From Nitrosovibrio sp. Nv4 (lineage in GTDB: Bacteria > Bdellovibrionota > UBA1018 > CAIMNF01), in contig CALPVV020000001.1 in the NCBI GenBank assembly GCA_943327105.2, positions 3,276 to 67,275 of the forward strand: a DNA stretch of 64,000 bases, read 5' to 3'. Shown here in pieces: positions 46,239-55,512 of this stretch. The translations under genes were made by a program, and so were the position numbers. The notes under the pieces were generated by a model. The model made no database searches and was not told the DNA's origin. It was given only the letters and a program-made list of their open reading frames with translations. Numbering within the stretch: position 1 is the first letter of the stretch; every line of letters starts with the position of its first letter.

Positions 46239-47579
46239 TTATTGAACGATATTGAATTCAACGCGACGGTTGATTTCAATCGCTTTAGGGTCGGTATTCG
46301 GAACTTTTGGTTTCATTTGTCCGAATCCACGTGCTTCAAGAATATTTGAAGCGACCCCTTTGCTAATAAGGTATTTCTTTACCGCGCGCGATCGATTCAA
46401 CGATAGCTGCAAGTTGTGAGTTTCTCCGCCATTGTTATTGGTATGACCATCGATTTGAATTTTCTTCAGGCTGGCTTTGTTTTGGTTAATGAGTGTTGCC
46501 ACTTCATTAAGTAATCCTTTGCCTTCATCAGTCAGCACTGCGCTGTCTTCCTGAAATTTTACCGGTTCAGAAACTTCAATTTGTTTTGGTTTCAATACCA
46601 CTCGAGGGGTTGGAGCTAGAGCGGGTAATTGGGATGCCGGCGTGATTGGAGTTTCTTCAGCTTCATAGAGATTGAAGCGAATTCCTGCAACGATACGGTA
46701 GTTCTGGCCAGCGGTTCCGCCGAATTTACCCAGTGAACCACCAAGGGTGGCTACACCACTCTCTGAAAACTGGTGTCGAACCCCCGCGTAGAGTTCATTC
46801 GGGTTGTTGTTTGCATCAAATGGAATCATGCTTTCGCTGTTAAATTCGACCGATGCTCCCCAAAGATCATTGAATGGAACATAACCACCGATTCCAAAAA
46901 TCAACCGCTTGCGATAATCAATCGGGTTCAAGCCGGTACCCGGATTGTAAATTGAATTTGAAGCTGCAGCAAAACCCAGGTTGGTGTTTAAAGTGAATTT
47001 TTTGAACTCGCGCTCAATGATACCGCGGATGGCAAGATAAGTTGAAGCATCTGAAACAAAATTAGCGGTATTGCCTGTCGGAAGATGAATTTCCGGGATC
47101 AATGCGATGTGTACGTTTGAATCATCATTAGTGAGTCGAATTTTACCCAGGATTTTCATATCACCAATTGTAGTGTTGCTTACGGCAGTTGATTGATTGG
47201 TTAAGAGTCTTGACCCAACTGGGTAATTTACGATGTGAAACGGAAGCCCAAAGAAAATACCAAAGCGAGAGGAAAGTTTAAACCCAAGCATCAGGTCAAC
47301 GCTTTGGATCGGGTCAATCAAGGTGCGATCTTTTTCACCGGTAGCCGCATTGATAGAAACAAAGGGCTCGCTCACATAGTTATAATTGAGGCCGAAGTAG
47401 GTTTTTGGTTTCTTGGGCCACTCGCTACGAAATGCATCTTCAAGAAAAACAAAGTGATTTGAAGTAGAAGGGTTGAATGTTTGTACGTTGATGCTGTTGA
47501 CTTGTGAGCTTGTAGTTTGAGCAAGTGCTTGTGCTGACAAAGCTGTTCCTAGCAAAACCGAGAGCATGATTTTTTTCAT
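46239..47579 (-). CDS. OmpA-family outer-membrane protein (N-terminal beta-barrel + C-terminal OmpA domain)
   Basis: Signal peptide. C-terminal IQIDGHTNN.G....N..LS..R..AV..YL...G......L.ARGFG...P......NRRVEF. Confidence 0.85.
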   Translation of the reverse strand: MKKIMLSVLLGTALSAQALAQTTSSQVNSINVQTFNPSTSNHFVFLEDAFRSEWPKKPKTYFGLNYNYVSEPFVSINAATGEKDRTLIDPIQSVDLMLGFKLSSRFGIFFGLPFHIVNYPVGSRLLTNQSTAVSNTTIGDMKILGKIRLTNDDSNVHIALIPEIHLPTGNTANFVSDASTYLAIRGIIEREFKKFTLNTNLGFAAASNSIYNPGTGLNPIDYRKRLIFGIGGYVPFNDLWGASVEFNSESMIPFDANNNPNELYAGVRHQFSESGVATLGGSLGKFGGTAGQNYRIVAGIRFNLYEAEETPITPASQLPALAPTPRVVLKPKQIEVSEPVKFQEDSAVLTDEGKGLLNEVATLINQNKASLKKIQIDGHTNNNGGETHNLQLSLNRSRAVKKYLISKGVASNILEARGFGQMKPKVPNTDPKAIEINRRVEFNIVQ

Positions 47580-47609
47580 AAACTCAGTTTAACATCGGAA
47601 AATTCCGAT

Positions 47610-48290
47610 TTAAAACGGTTTTTCAGGGATTCCGTGAATCATCAAAGCGCGATCAAAATGACGGAAGTTTTGAGCGGCATCATCAAGAATTTTTCGACCG
47701 GGACAAAGAATTGGCTCATCCGGAAAATCAAGTTCTTCATCGCTGGTTTGTAGTGCAGCGGGAATTTTTTGACGGATTTCTTCAAGGCAAAGATTAAACC
47801 AACGCTGGTCACGTTCTTCAGTGAGTTCAACTTCGGCAATGCCTTCCGGGACATAGCGATAAAATGAAGGGACTTCACGTGACCACAATAACGGTGGTGA
47901 ATACTTCGGTTTATGGAGTTGGTTCTTATGATCTTTTTTCCGATGAGAAACGCTGGTGTTCAGGTCAACGACTTCTCCGGAGTTTGTTGCAATCCAGAAG
48001 TGTGAGTTCTGCCCCCAGCAACCGGCCCAGACCAGACTCATGTCTTCCATGACTTCAATCCAGGCTGCTTGACCGTAAAAGATATTTGCATTCACACCGG
48101 CTAGTTTCAGCGCTTCAAGAGCAACAAGGTTTACCAATAGTGGAAACTCAGAACGATCGCCCGAAATGCGATCGGTGATTTTGGTGGTCAGGCGTGATAC
48201 CGCGGCAATGACATTCAGTGGGGTGGGGCTATAATTGTTTTGCATGTAATCCGAATCCGATCCAGGCAATGATGAATGAAAGTCCTCCAA
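47610..48290 (-). CDS. Hypothetical cytoplasmic protein
   Basis: ORF only (226 aa, or starting at MQNNYS at 48245). No recognisable motif. Confidence 0.5.
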   Translation of the reverse strand: MEDFHSSLPGSDSDYMQNNYSPTPLNVIAAVSRLTTKITDRISGDRSEFPLLVNLVALEALKLAGVNANIFYGQAAWIEVMEDMSLVWAGCWGQNSHFWIATNSGEVVDLNTSVSHRKKDHKNQLHKPKYSPPLLWSREVPSFYRYVPEGIAEVELTEERDQRWFNLCLEEIRQKIPAALQTSDEELDFPDEPILCPGRKILDDAAQNFRHFDRALMIHGIPEKPF

Positions 48291-48591
48291 GTGGAGTAAT
48301 CATTCCGAATGCCTTGATGCCAGTGAAAACGATTAGGTACAGACTTCCGGAAAATAATACCATTCCAAGTAAGAATAGTTTTCCTGGCCAGATACCAGTG
48401 GTTTTATTCATCAGCTTACAGAACAAGCCATAAAAGAGAATGGCCATCGAATGAATGAACAAGTAGTGACTGGCAGTCTGGTAAGTTTCAAACAAAACAG
48501 GTTCAACACTGTTTTTAACTCCGTGGGCTCCGAAAGCACCAAGAACCACACTAAGGGCTGATAAAAATGCACCAATACTAATGAAGTTCAT
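48229..48591 (-). CDS. DUF423 (YgdD-like) membrane protein
   Basis: 120 aa, 4 TM. GAFGAHG near TM1 and a Y...H segment, as in the DUF423 family. Confidence 0.75.
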   Translation of the reverse strand: MNFISIGAFLSALSVVLGAFGAHGVKNSVEPVLFETYQTASHYLFIHSMAILFYGLFCKLMNKTTGIWPGKLFLLGMVLFSGSLYLIVFTGIKAFGMITPLGGLSFIIAWIGFGLHAKQL

Positions 48592-50327
48592 GACAATAAA
48601 TCCAAGCCCATTTTGATTTGTTCGCTGACTTTTTTATTTTGTTGGGCAATTAGGTTGAGTTTTACTTTGAGTTCGGCAATTCGAACGCTCTCGGGTTGCT
48701 GAGCGATAAACAGCTCAAGCAATTCAAGTTGCAGCAACCATACGGTTGAAAAACGGTATTGCGCTTCTTGATATAGGGTTTCAAGTTCGAACGGGTAATT
48801 TTCGTTTTTCTCACGGTATGCGCGAACGCGTGTGTAAAGTTCGTTTACGGCTTGGTTTGCATCTGTTGCATTTGATTTGTGTGCTTTGACTTTCTTCTTG
48901 TGATTGGAATGGCGAAGCGCGAATTCCTTGCGGTCGGCAGCTCCGCCGAACACAGACACCACTTTACTGCCTAATACAAATGGATAAGGACGGGTGCGTT
49001 CTTCAAAAACAACTTTGCCATCAGGGGTGGTGATTTTAACTTTTTCAAGCACCACCACTCGGCCACCGGTGCCGATGCGGATTTCTTTTTTGAAATGTCC
49101 TTTGATGATATTGCCGTTCTTCGTGGTCAAGCCGCTGCCATGAATCTTCTTCAGAATGTCTTCAAGTGGCACTGCTGCGATCGATGGGTCAAACATCGGG
49201 AAATAAATCTTGTCGCTGAAAAGGGAGTGAGCCATCTCGCCCATAGCTTCTTCATGATAAGAAAATTGCTTTGAGCCTTTAAGATTAAATGACATGACTT
49301 CGCCCTCATCGGTAACTTCATAACCGGCTACGACACCGGTAAGTTGCATTCCGCTATCGAGGGTGACTGTTGCGGTAGCATCTGCTTTTTTTGCAACACT
49401 TAAGCCATATGCTCCGCCACGTCTGAAGCTCATATGATTGGCAAATTCGTCTAGTGCCTTAGTCAATGAATCAAAATCTTCGGCCACGAACAATTGCGGC
49501 TGTGGACGAGTAATGTCATAAGAAGTTCGAATTACACCTTCAAGTGTAAATGGAACTTTTTTCACAGCCGGTAAAACGCAGCTGTGACTTTCAATTACCG
49601 AAGAAAGTAAGCCCGCGCCATAAATCATTGGGCGGCCATTTACGTCGATCATTCCGTATTCAGAGGTCCACCAGTACATGCGTGCCAGTAGTGCCGCTTC
49701 AGAGGCATCTCGAATCGACTCGGCCACTTCTTCAAATCGTTTTTGTGCCTCAGTGATTTCGGTCTCAGTAGCCTTCGGGTTTTCTTTCACTTCAGAGAGG
49801 TGAAAAATGGCGTCATATAATTCGATGTCTTTTTTACTGATGATTGCATTGCGTGCCACTTGTCCGTACGCCTCAAGGTAAGCACGAAACTTAGGGTCAA
49901 AAATGATTGGCGCATGACCTGCCGCCTCGTGAACAATATCTGGCGACGGAGTGTAGCCCAGGTTTTCAATTTTTCTGATGTCGCAATTGATCGGCAATAG
50001 TTTCAACGACTGCATCTCAAGAAATACACTTGGCGGAATGAAGCCATTCACAGCAACTGCTCCCCAGCCCATTTTAGAAAGAGCGGCATTCATTTCTTCA
50101 ATCAGTGGAATGCGTTCTGTTGAAATTCCTGTGGCCTCAAGACCTTTTAGGTAAAGAGGGTGTGCGTGTTCAGCAAAAAACTGGCGAGATACACGCATCA
50201 CGAAGCGCCAAGTGGCTTGATCTTCGGGTGTGTATAACGAGGGATCTTGCTCCGTGATGTATTCAAGGAGGTGTTCTGGAAGTTGAGATTGAGAAAGCGA
50301 CTGATTAGGAGAGCTTGTTTTGGTCAT
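48588..50327 (-). CDS. Long-form biopterin-dependent aromatic amino acid hydroxylase-like protein (N-terminal catalytic core + ~250-aa C-terminal extension)
   Basis: SPDIVHEAAGHAPII (H-x4-H iron ligands; cf. PD..HE..GH.P.L) and YWWTSEYG (Glu ligand region). I take the start at MTKTSSPNQ, because the upstream part of the 613-aa ORF overlaps tatA. Confidence 0.75.
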   Translation of the reverse strand: MTKTSSPNQSLSQSQLPEHLLEYITEQDPSLYTPEDQATWRFVMRVSRQFFAEHAHPLYLKGLEATGISTERIPLIEEMNAALSKMGWGAVAVNGFIPPSVFLEMQSLKLLPINCDIRKIENLGYTPSPDIVHEAAGHAPIIFDPKFRAYLEAYGQVARNAIISKKDIELYDAIFHLSEVKENPKATETEITEAQKRFEEVAESIRDASEAALLARMYWWTSEYGMIDVNGRPMIYGAGLLSSVIESHSCVLPAVKKVPFTLEGVIRTSYDITRPQPQLFVAEDFDSLTKALDEFANHMSFRRGGAYGLSVAKKADATATVTLDSGMQLTGVVAGYEVTDEGEVMSFNLKGSKQFSYHEEAMGEMAHSLFSDKIYFPMFDPSIAAVPLEDILKKIHGSGLTTKNGNIIKGHFKKEIRIGTGGRVVVLEKVKITTPDGKVVFEERTRPYPFVLGSKVVSVFGGAADRKEFALRHSNHKKKVKAHKSNATDANQAVNELYTRVRAYREKNENYPFELETLYQEAQYRFSTVWLLQLELLELFIAQQPESVRIAELKVKLNLIAQQNKKVSEQIKMGLDLLS

Positions 50328-50472
50328 CGTCTTCGCTCTTGCCTTCAAGCCCCTTTTTAAAGGCATGAATGCCTTTACCCAAGGCTGAGCCAAGTTCTGG
50401 TAATCTACGGCTTCCGAAAAGAAGCACAACGACTGCTAAAATGAGTAAATGTCCACCGCTTAATCCAAACAT
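50305..50472 (-). CDS. tatA: Twin-arginine translocase subunit TatA/E
   Basis: I translated this by hand (55 aa, below the track cutoff): MFGLSGGHLLILAVVVLLFGSRRLPELGSALGKGIHAFKKGLEG.... This is the canonical TatA TM helix, FG hinge and amphipathic helix. Confidence 0.8.
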   Translation of the reverse strand: MFGLSGGHLLILAVVVLLFGSRRLPELGSALGKGIHAFKKGLEGKSEDDDQNKLS

Positions 50473-50533
50473 ACCGAACAATCTACCACATAAAAGGCTG
50501 GATTAAGAGGGTAATTTTAGCTAGAAACGGTGC

Positions 50534-51310
50534 ATGGAAACCACCAAAGAAAAAGTTAAACCAATTGTCGTTGATGCCAAACTTCTCTCCCGTAAGCAGC
50601 TCACCGCGGATGTGTTTGAGATGAAGCTTGAATCTTCACTTCCGTTCACCTTTTTACCGGGCCAATTTATCAGCGTTGTGGTGCCAGGTGCTGGCCCAGG
50701 GGGCCGTGATCTCCGTCGTGCATATTCAATTGCATCTTCCCCAGAGTTAATGCCGAGCGATAACGTGTTTGAGCTTTGTGTGAAGCTTGTTGAAGGTGGC
50801 CCAGGAACCAACTACTTGAACAATATGAAGGTGGGCGAAAGCCTGAAGGGGAGCGTTCCTTTCGGAGACTTCGTTTATAAAACTTCAAGCAGCAAACATG
50901 TGATTTTCATCGCTACCGGTACCGGTATTGCTCCATTTCGGTCCATGGTGCTTTCTAAAGTTTTTAATGAAAACAAACCGTTGTCGGCGAAGATCTTATT
51001 TGGTGCACGTGACGCGAATGACCTATTCTATGCTGATGAAATGGTACCGCTGTTGGGTAACGGATTCGTGGAAACCCTTTCTCGACCTACCGGTAATTGG
51101 TCTGGTTTTAAAGGCCGAGTAACCGACTGGCTTCGTCAAAACAGTAATGCGATTGATTGGAAAAACACCGATTTCTATCTTTGCGGTAACGGCGCCATGA
51201 TTGATGAAGTGAAGCAGATTCTGACCACAAACGAAGTTGATAAGTCGGCTATTCACCAAGAGGTTTATTATAAAGTAAAACCAGGCGAAACCCACACGAG
51301 TCAGGATTAA
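50534..51310 (+). CDS. Ferredoxin-NADP reductase-like FAD/NAD(P)-binding oxidoreductase
   Basis: RAYSIAS (RxYS FAD motif), GPGTNYL, ATGTGIAPF (NAD(P) motif), C-terminal CGNGAM. Confidence 0.8.
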   Translation: METTKEKVKPIVVDAKLLSRKQLTADVFEMKLESSLPFTFLPGQFISVVVPGAGPGGRDLRRAYSIASSPELMPSDNVFELCVKLVEGGPGTNYLNNMKVGESLKGSVPFGDFVYKTSSSKHVIFIATGTGIAPFRSMVLSKVFNENKPLSAKILFGARDANDLFYADEMVPLLGNGFVETLSRPTGNWSGFKGRVTDWLRQNSNAIDWKNTDFYLCGNGAMIDEVKQILTTNEVDKSAIHQEVYYKVKPGETHTSQD

Positions 51311-51312
51311 AA

Positions 51313-51335
51313 AAAGGTACCCGGTGCCTTTTGCA
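51313..51335 (+). terminator. Weak terminator candidate after the oxidoreductase gene
   Basis: aaggtac-ccg-gtgcctt short hairpin (one G-U pair) followed by tt(t). The stem is short and the loop small. Confidence 0.35.
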
Positions 51336-51428
51336 GAATTGACAACTGACAATTAATATTGAAAAGTAAGAGAACAATTTACATACACACTCTGTCGAAC
51401 GCAGGTCCGTTTTCAATAAGCAAAGAGC

Positions 51429-51518
51429 GGGGAGATGGCAGAGTGGTTGAATGCACCGGTTTTGAAAACCGGCAACGGGGCAACCTGTTCGGGGGTTCAA
51501 ATCCCTCTCTCCCCGCCA
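51429..51518 (+). tRNA. tRNA-Ser (anticodon TGA)
   Basis: GGGGAGA acceptor, GGCAGAGTGGTTGAATGC D-arm, anticodon stem-loop CCGGT-TTTGAAA-ACCGG, long variable arm, GGGGGTTCAAATCCCTC T-arm, TCTCCCC-G-CCA. 90 nt. Confidence 0.95.
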
Positions 51519-51539
51519 CTAAAAAACTCAACTCTATTT

Positions 51540-51953
51540 TTAATTAAAAAATTGCTTCAAGATTTTGCAGCTCGGGATCTTTTTTGCCATGTTGTATACC
51601 GACGAGTGGCCGTTAAGATGAACAGGTACCACTACTCCTAAAGGAATTGGGTATGGAAGTCTTAAGTCGATGCATTTGCCGTTCACTTCATATTTCTTCG
51701 ATGACTTGAAATCACCGATGCTTCCGTAAGCGATAGTGATGCCGCTTAAAAATTGGTCGATGAATAAATCTACACTCAATAAATAATCCGCCTCATCGGC
51801 ATTATCGGTGAAGCGAGAGCCGAGAACTTCACTAATCGTACTCACTTGATCTTCGGTCAAAACGTTTCGTTCGTTGTAGATCCCGATTTTGCAAACGCGT
51901 GCAAAAGAAGGAGTGCTGAACAGTACCAAAGATAACATGAGTGCATATTTCAT
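51540..51953 (-). CDS. Hypothetical secreted protein
   Basis: Signal peptide MKYALMLSLVLFSTPSFA. No recognisable domain. Confidence 0.5.
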   Translation of the reverse strand: MKYALMLSLVLFSTPSFARVCKIGIYNERNVLTEDQVSTISEVLGSRFTDNADEADYLLSVDLFIDQFLSGITIAYGSIGDFKSSKKYEVNGKCIDLRLPYPIPLGVVVPVHLNGHSSVYNMAKKIPSCKILKQFFN

Positions 51954-52097
51954 TCTAAATCTCCATAAAACGACGAAACCCCAGATGTGATTCAAGATGA
52001 ATCGCCGATTAGCCTGAGCGAATGTATCAAATTTTATCTATTTTTTGTTTAAAAAGTTGATCGAGCTGAAAAATTCAATCAAAAAGGTAGAATGCGG

Positions 52098-52679
52098 TCA
52101 GGCCCTGATACTTTGAGCGTAGGTCATGACCAGATAGAGTCGTGCTTCAGTAGTGCCAATGTTTTTGTAGCTGTGTGCGCTTTCCGCTTTGAATAAAATC
52201 GAATCACCTTCGTTCAAAAGTTGAGGAAGGTGACCATTGATTAGAATTTCAACCGTTCCTGAACTTACGACTAAGTTTTCAGTGGTTCCAGCAGCATGCG
52301 CTTCTGCCATTTCTTCATGTCCTGGTGCAATTTTAAGTTCATAAAACTCAACCTTGCGTTCTTCATCAAACGGAAAAAGTGCTCGTGATTTAAAGCGACC
52401 ACCATTGGAGTCGAGAGTTTTTGAGTTCTCGTGTTTTAACACGTAGACCTCACTCGCTTCTTTATTGTTGATCAGGGTTGCAAATGGAACCTCTAAAGCC
52501 CCGGCAACTTTCCAAAGTAGACTGATGGTGGGGGTGCTTTTTCCGGTTTCAATCTGCCCAAGCATTGCACGGCTGACCCCTGAAAGCTTTGCAAGTGCAT
52601 CTAATGAATAGCCTTTTTGGATTCTTAAGTTCTTTAAGTTCCGGCCAACAATGATGGAAAGCTCATCTTGATTAAACAT
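52098..52679 (-). CDS. XRE-family transcriptional regulator with C-terminal cupin domain
   Basis: HTH_3 segment LRIQKGYSLDALAKLSGVSRAMLGQIETGKSTPTISLL. The C-terminal beta-rich region with H..H and G....F fits cupin_2. Confidence 0.85.
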   Translation of the reverse strand: MFNQDELSIIVGRNLKNLRIQKGYSLDALAKLSGVSRAMLGQIETGKSTPTISLLWKVAGALEVPFATLINNKEASEVYVLKHENSKTLDSNGGRFKSRALFPFDEERKVEFYELKIAPGHEEMAEAHAAGTTENLVVSSGTVEILINGHLPQLLNEGDSILFKAESAHSYKNIGTTEARLYLVMTYAQSIRA

Positions 52680-52769
52680 ATCAACTATGTTCTGCTAAAT
52701 TAGAAAATATGTCAATATAGCGGAAATAAGCATTGACGCAGCGCAGAACATGCGTTAATTTGCACTCAC

Positions 52770-52881
52770 GCCGATTTGATTGCAGCTTGCGGGCGATACC
52801 GCTAAAGCGCTACTGGGAATGGTTCATCCGTTTCCGAAGTCCCCTTCTTGGGGGCGGTCTCTTCGGCAAGAGGAGAAAACC
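52770..52881 (+). promoter_or_regulatory. Structured 5' leader of metNIQ (candidate cis-regulatory RNA, class unassigned)
   Basis: Hairpin 52785-52808. Hairpin 52834-52866 is mutually exclusive with hairpin 52858-52873, which pairs with the first bases of the AGGAG Shine-Dalgarno (52871-52875). Confidence 0.3.
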
Positions 52882-53616
52882 ATGATCACAGTCACTAACA
52901 TTTCTAAAAAATTCGGTAAGGGTAAAGACGCAGTTACAGCGCTAGACCAAGTGAGCTTCAATGTATGTGAAGGCGAGATCGTAGCGTTGATTGGACTTTC
53001 AGGTGCGGGTAAAACAACGGCACTGCGCAGTCTTAATCTTCTCGAGCAACCTGATTCAGGTTCAATCAAGTTCAACGGAAAAGAGCTGCTGACTTTAGGT
53101 GCATTGGAGCTGAGACAACTTCGCACACGGATCGGAATTATTTTTCAACAGTTCAACCTGATTTCAAATCGTACTGTTTTTGAAAATGTGGCATTTCCAC
53201 TTGAAGTTGCAGGTTATAGCAAAGAGGCTCTGGTCGCTCGTGTTGAAGAATGTCTTCGCGTGGTTGGGCTTTATGAAAAACGGGATGTTTACCCAGCGCA
53301 ACTCTCCGGAGGACAAAAACAAAGGGTAGCGATTGCGCGAGGAATTGCCAACCGTCCGCATGTGCTATTAGCAGATGAGCCAACCAGTGCACTTGACCCA
53401 CTGACAAAAGAAGAAGTGTTGACTTGCCTACGTGACATCAATCAAAAACTTGGAGTCACGATCGTCATTGCCACTCATGAAATCAACATTGTGAAAAGGC
53501 TAGCCAGTCGTGCGGTGATCTTCAGTGGAGGTCGAATCATTGAAGAACTTCAGGTAAAGAACCAAAAAATCGAAGCCAAGCATGAATTCACTAAGCGCTT
53601 CCTGGAGGTCGCATGA
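52882..53616 (+). CDS. metN: Methionine ABC transporter ATP-binding protein (short form, no C-terminal NIL domain)
   Basis: AGGAG RBS 7 nt upstream. Walker A GLSGAGKTT, Q-loop, LSGGQKQRVAIARG, Walker B LLADEPTSALD. Operon context with metI and metQ. Confidence 0.88.
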   Translation: MITVTNISKKFGKGKDAVTALDQVSFNVCEGEIVALIGLSGAGKTTALRSLNLLEQPDSGSIKFNGKELLTLGALELRQLRTRIGIIFQQFNLISNRTVFENVAFPLEVAGYSKEALVARVEECLRVVGLYEKRDVYPAQLSGGQKQRVAIARGIANRPHVLLADEPTSALDPLTKEEVLTCLRDINQKLGVTIVIATHEINIVKRLASRAVIFSGGRIIEELQVKNQKIEAKHEFTKRFLEVA

Positions 53617-54287
53617 GCTCAGCACTAATAGAAAACTTATTGAATATTTTGCCCGATTTTATCCAGGCCTCAAAAGAAACAGGCATCATGTTGCTGGTGG
53701 GTTTGTCTTCAGCCGCCATTTTTGGTGGGGCATTGGGTACATTCCTTTACCTTTGGCGGGAAGGTGGTCTTCTTCAAAACCGAGTTCTTTATTTCCTGGT
53801 TGGTGGTCTGGTGAATGTTACCCGTTCGTTTCCATTCGTGATTTTGATGATCACGGTGATTCCACTCACGAAAAAACTTGCAGGCACTTCAATTGGACCC
53901 TTGGCCGCGGCAGTGCCGCTCTCGATTGCGGCAATCGCTTATTTTGCAAGATTGGTAGAGCTTGCATTGAATGAAATACCACGCGGGGTAATTGAGGCTG
54001 CAGAATCAATGGGCGCAAGTGTACCGAAGATTGTATTTAGTGTTTTATATGTCGAAGCGCGCTCGCCTTTGATTCTTGCACTGACCTCACTCACGGTAAG
54101 CTTTTTATCTTATACCGCAGCGGCAGGCATTGTCGGTGGCGGCGGAATCGGTGATCTTGCAATTCGATTCGGTTACTACCGGTTTCAAACCGAAATCATG
54201 GTTGTAACCACTCTTACACTGATCGTGCTCGTGCAATTGATTCAAGTGAGCGGAAATATATTAGCAAAACAATTCAACCATAAATGA
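53613..54287 (+). CDS. metI: Methionine ABC transporter permease
   Basis: 224 aa, 5 TM. EAA-loop-like segment IEAAESMGAS.....F.V...EA.P. Confidence 0.88.
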   Translation: MSSALIENLLNILPDFIQASKETGIMLLVGLSSAAIFGGALGTFLYLWREGGLLQNRVLYFLVGGLVNVTRSFPFVILMITVIPLTKKLAGTSIGPLAAAVPLSIAAIAYFARLVELALNEIPRGVIEAAESMGASVPKIVFSVLYVEARSPLILALTSLTVSFLSYTAAAGIVGGGGIGDLAIRFGYYRFQTEIMVVTTLTLIVLVQLIQVSGNILAKQFNHK

Positions 54288-54300
54288 GAGAGAACAAAAA

Positions 54301-55155
54301 ATGAGTATCAATGAAACAAAAAATGAAATAGTGGCAGTCACCAAGTTTGCCTTGAAATTGGCAATCATTGCAGCAGTGGTTTTGATCGGAGCAAATTTCA
54401 CAAAAAAGTCGCACGCATACGATGAAAAAAACAAAGTGATCACGATTGGTACCACGGTAGGTGATTTTTCAATTTTAGTGAATCAAGGGCTAAAGCCAGA
54501 GCTTGAAAAAAGAGGGTACAAGATCAAACACATTGAATTCACTGATTATGTCAGGCCAAACATCGCACTCTCGGAAGGTGCGCTTGATGTAAATATTTTC
54601 CAGCATAAGCCTTATCTCGACGAATTTGCGAAAGAGAAGAATCTTCAGCTGTCGGTGTTGGCGCCAGTGCCAACGGCGCCGCTTGGCTTGTATCCTGGGA
54701 AATTGAAAACGCTTGCAGACTTTAAAGAGGGTGGTTCAGTTGCGATTCCAAACGACCCTACGAACCTTGCTCGAGCATTGGTTATTTTTCATGAACTTGG
54801 CTGGATCAAGCTCGCAAAAAGCGTAAACCCGCTAAAAGCATCTGTAAAAGATATTGAAAAGAATCTGAAAAACATCAAGATCGTGCAATTAGAAGCAGCT
54901 CAATTACCGCGGTCATTGACTGATGTTGATTTTGCAGTGATTAATGGCAACTATGCCACCGCTTCGGGCATTGCCATCGCATCAGCCCTTGCACGTGAGA
55001 AAAACGACAATTACATCAATTATGCGGTTGTGCGTTCAACAGACCTGAAGGTTGGTTTTGCCAAGGATTTTGCAGATGTTCTTAGGTCTTTAACACTCAA
55101 GACTTTTGCAAAAAATCGTTTTAAAGGTTACAAGTTTCCTGCTGAATGGAAGTAA
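54301..55155 (+). CDS. metQ: MetQ/NlpA-family methionine-binding protein (N-terminal TM anchor, no lipobox Cys)
   Basis: ITIGTT.GDFS, F.DYV.PN.AL..G.LDVN.FQH.PYL, V.IPNDPTN..RAL. This matches the NlpA/MetQ family pattern. Confidence 0.88.
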   Translation: MSINETKNEIVAVTKFALKLAIIAAVVLIGANFTKKSHAYDEKNKVITIGTTVGDFSILVNQGLKPELEKRGYKIKHIEFTDYVRPNIALSEGALDVNIFQHKPYLDEFAKEKNLQLSVLAPVPTAPLGLYPGKLKTLADFKEGGSVAIPNDPTNLARALVIFHELGWIKLAKSVNPLKASVKDIEKNLKNIKIVQLEAAQLPRSLTDVDFAVINGNYATASGIAIASALAREKNDNYINYAVVRSTDLKVGFAKDFADVLRSLTLKTFAKNRFKGYKFPAEWK

Positions 55156-55512
55156 TCAAGCTGCTTTTTGTTGATTAAATTTTTTAAAGTAATCAATTGT
55201 TTCAATCACTTGATTGGTTTCAGCCGACTTGTGAATAATCATATGAAACGGGTAAGTGGTTTTGATATCGAGTTCACCAGTGATTAATATGATAGGCTTG
55301 CTAACATTCATCACTGTGGCAACCTGTTCTCCGGTTGTGCCGGGAAGGCGATAATCGATGAACATCAGGTCAGGAGGATTCGCCCTGACCGCTTCAATTG
55401 CCGCTTCAGGATTGGTAAAAGCCTCAACTTCAACCTCATCTGAAGCGTGCAGGTCTTTGAAGTTTTCACAAAGTACCGCTTCATCATCAATGTAAAAGAT
55501 TCTAAGCCGCAT
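55156..55512 (-). CDS. Single-domain response regulator
   Basis: MRLRIFYIDDE, DLMFIDYRLPGTTG, ILITG. The start overlaps the kinase stop by 11 nt. Confidence 0.8.
   Translation of the reverse strand: MRLRIFYIDDEAVLCENFKDLHASDEVEVEAFTNPEAAIEAVRANPPDLMFIDYRLPGTTGEQVATVMNVSKPIILITGELDIKTTYPFHMIIHKSAETNQVIETIDYFKKFNQQKAA

Noticed and set aside
51339-51372. TTGACA -35-like hexamer as the promoter for tRNA-Ser
   Set aside because: I could find no acceptable -10 hexamer at 16-18 nt spacing, so I did not call it.
51359-51641. 62-aa and 68-aa ORFs overlapping tRNA-Ser
   Set aside because: The region is a canonical 90-nt class II tRNA-Ser(TGA).
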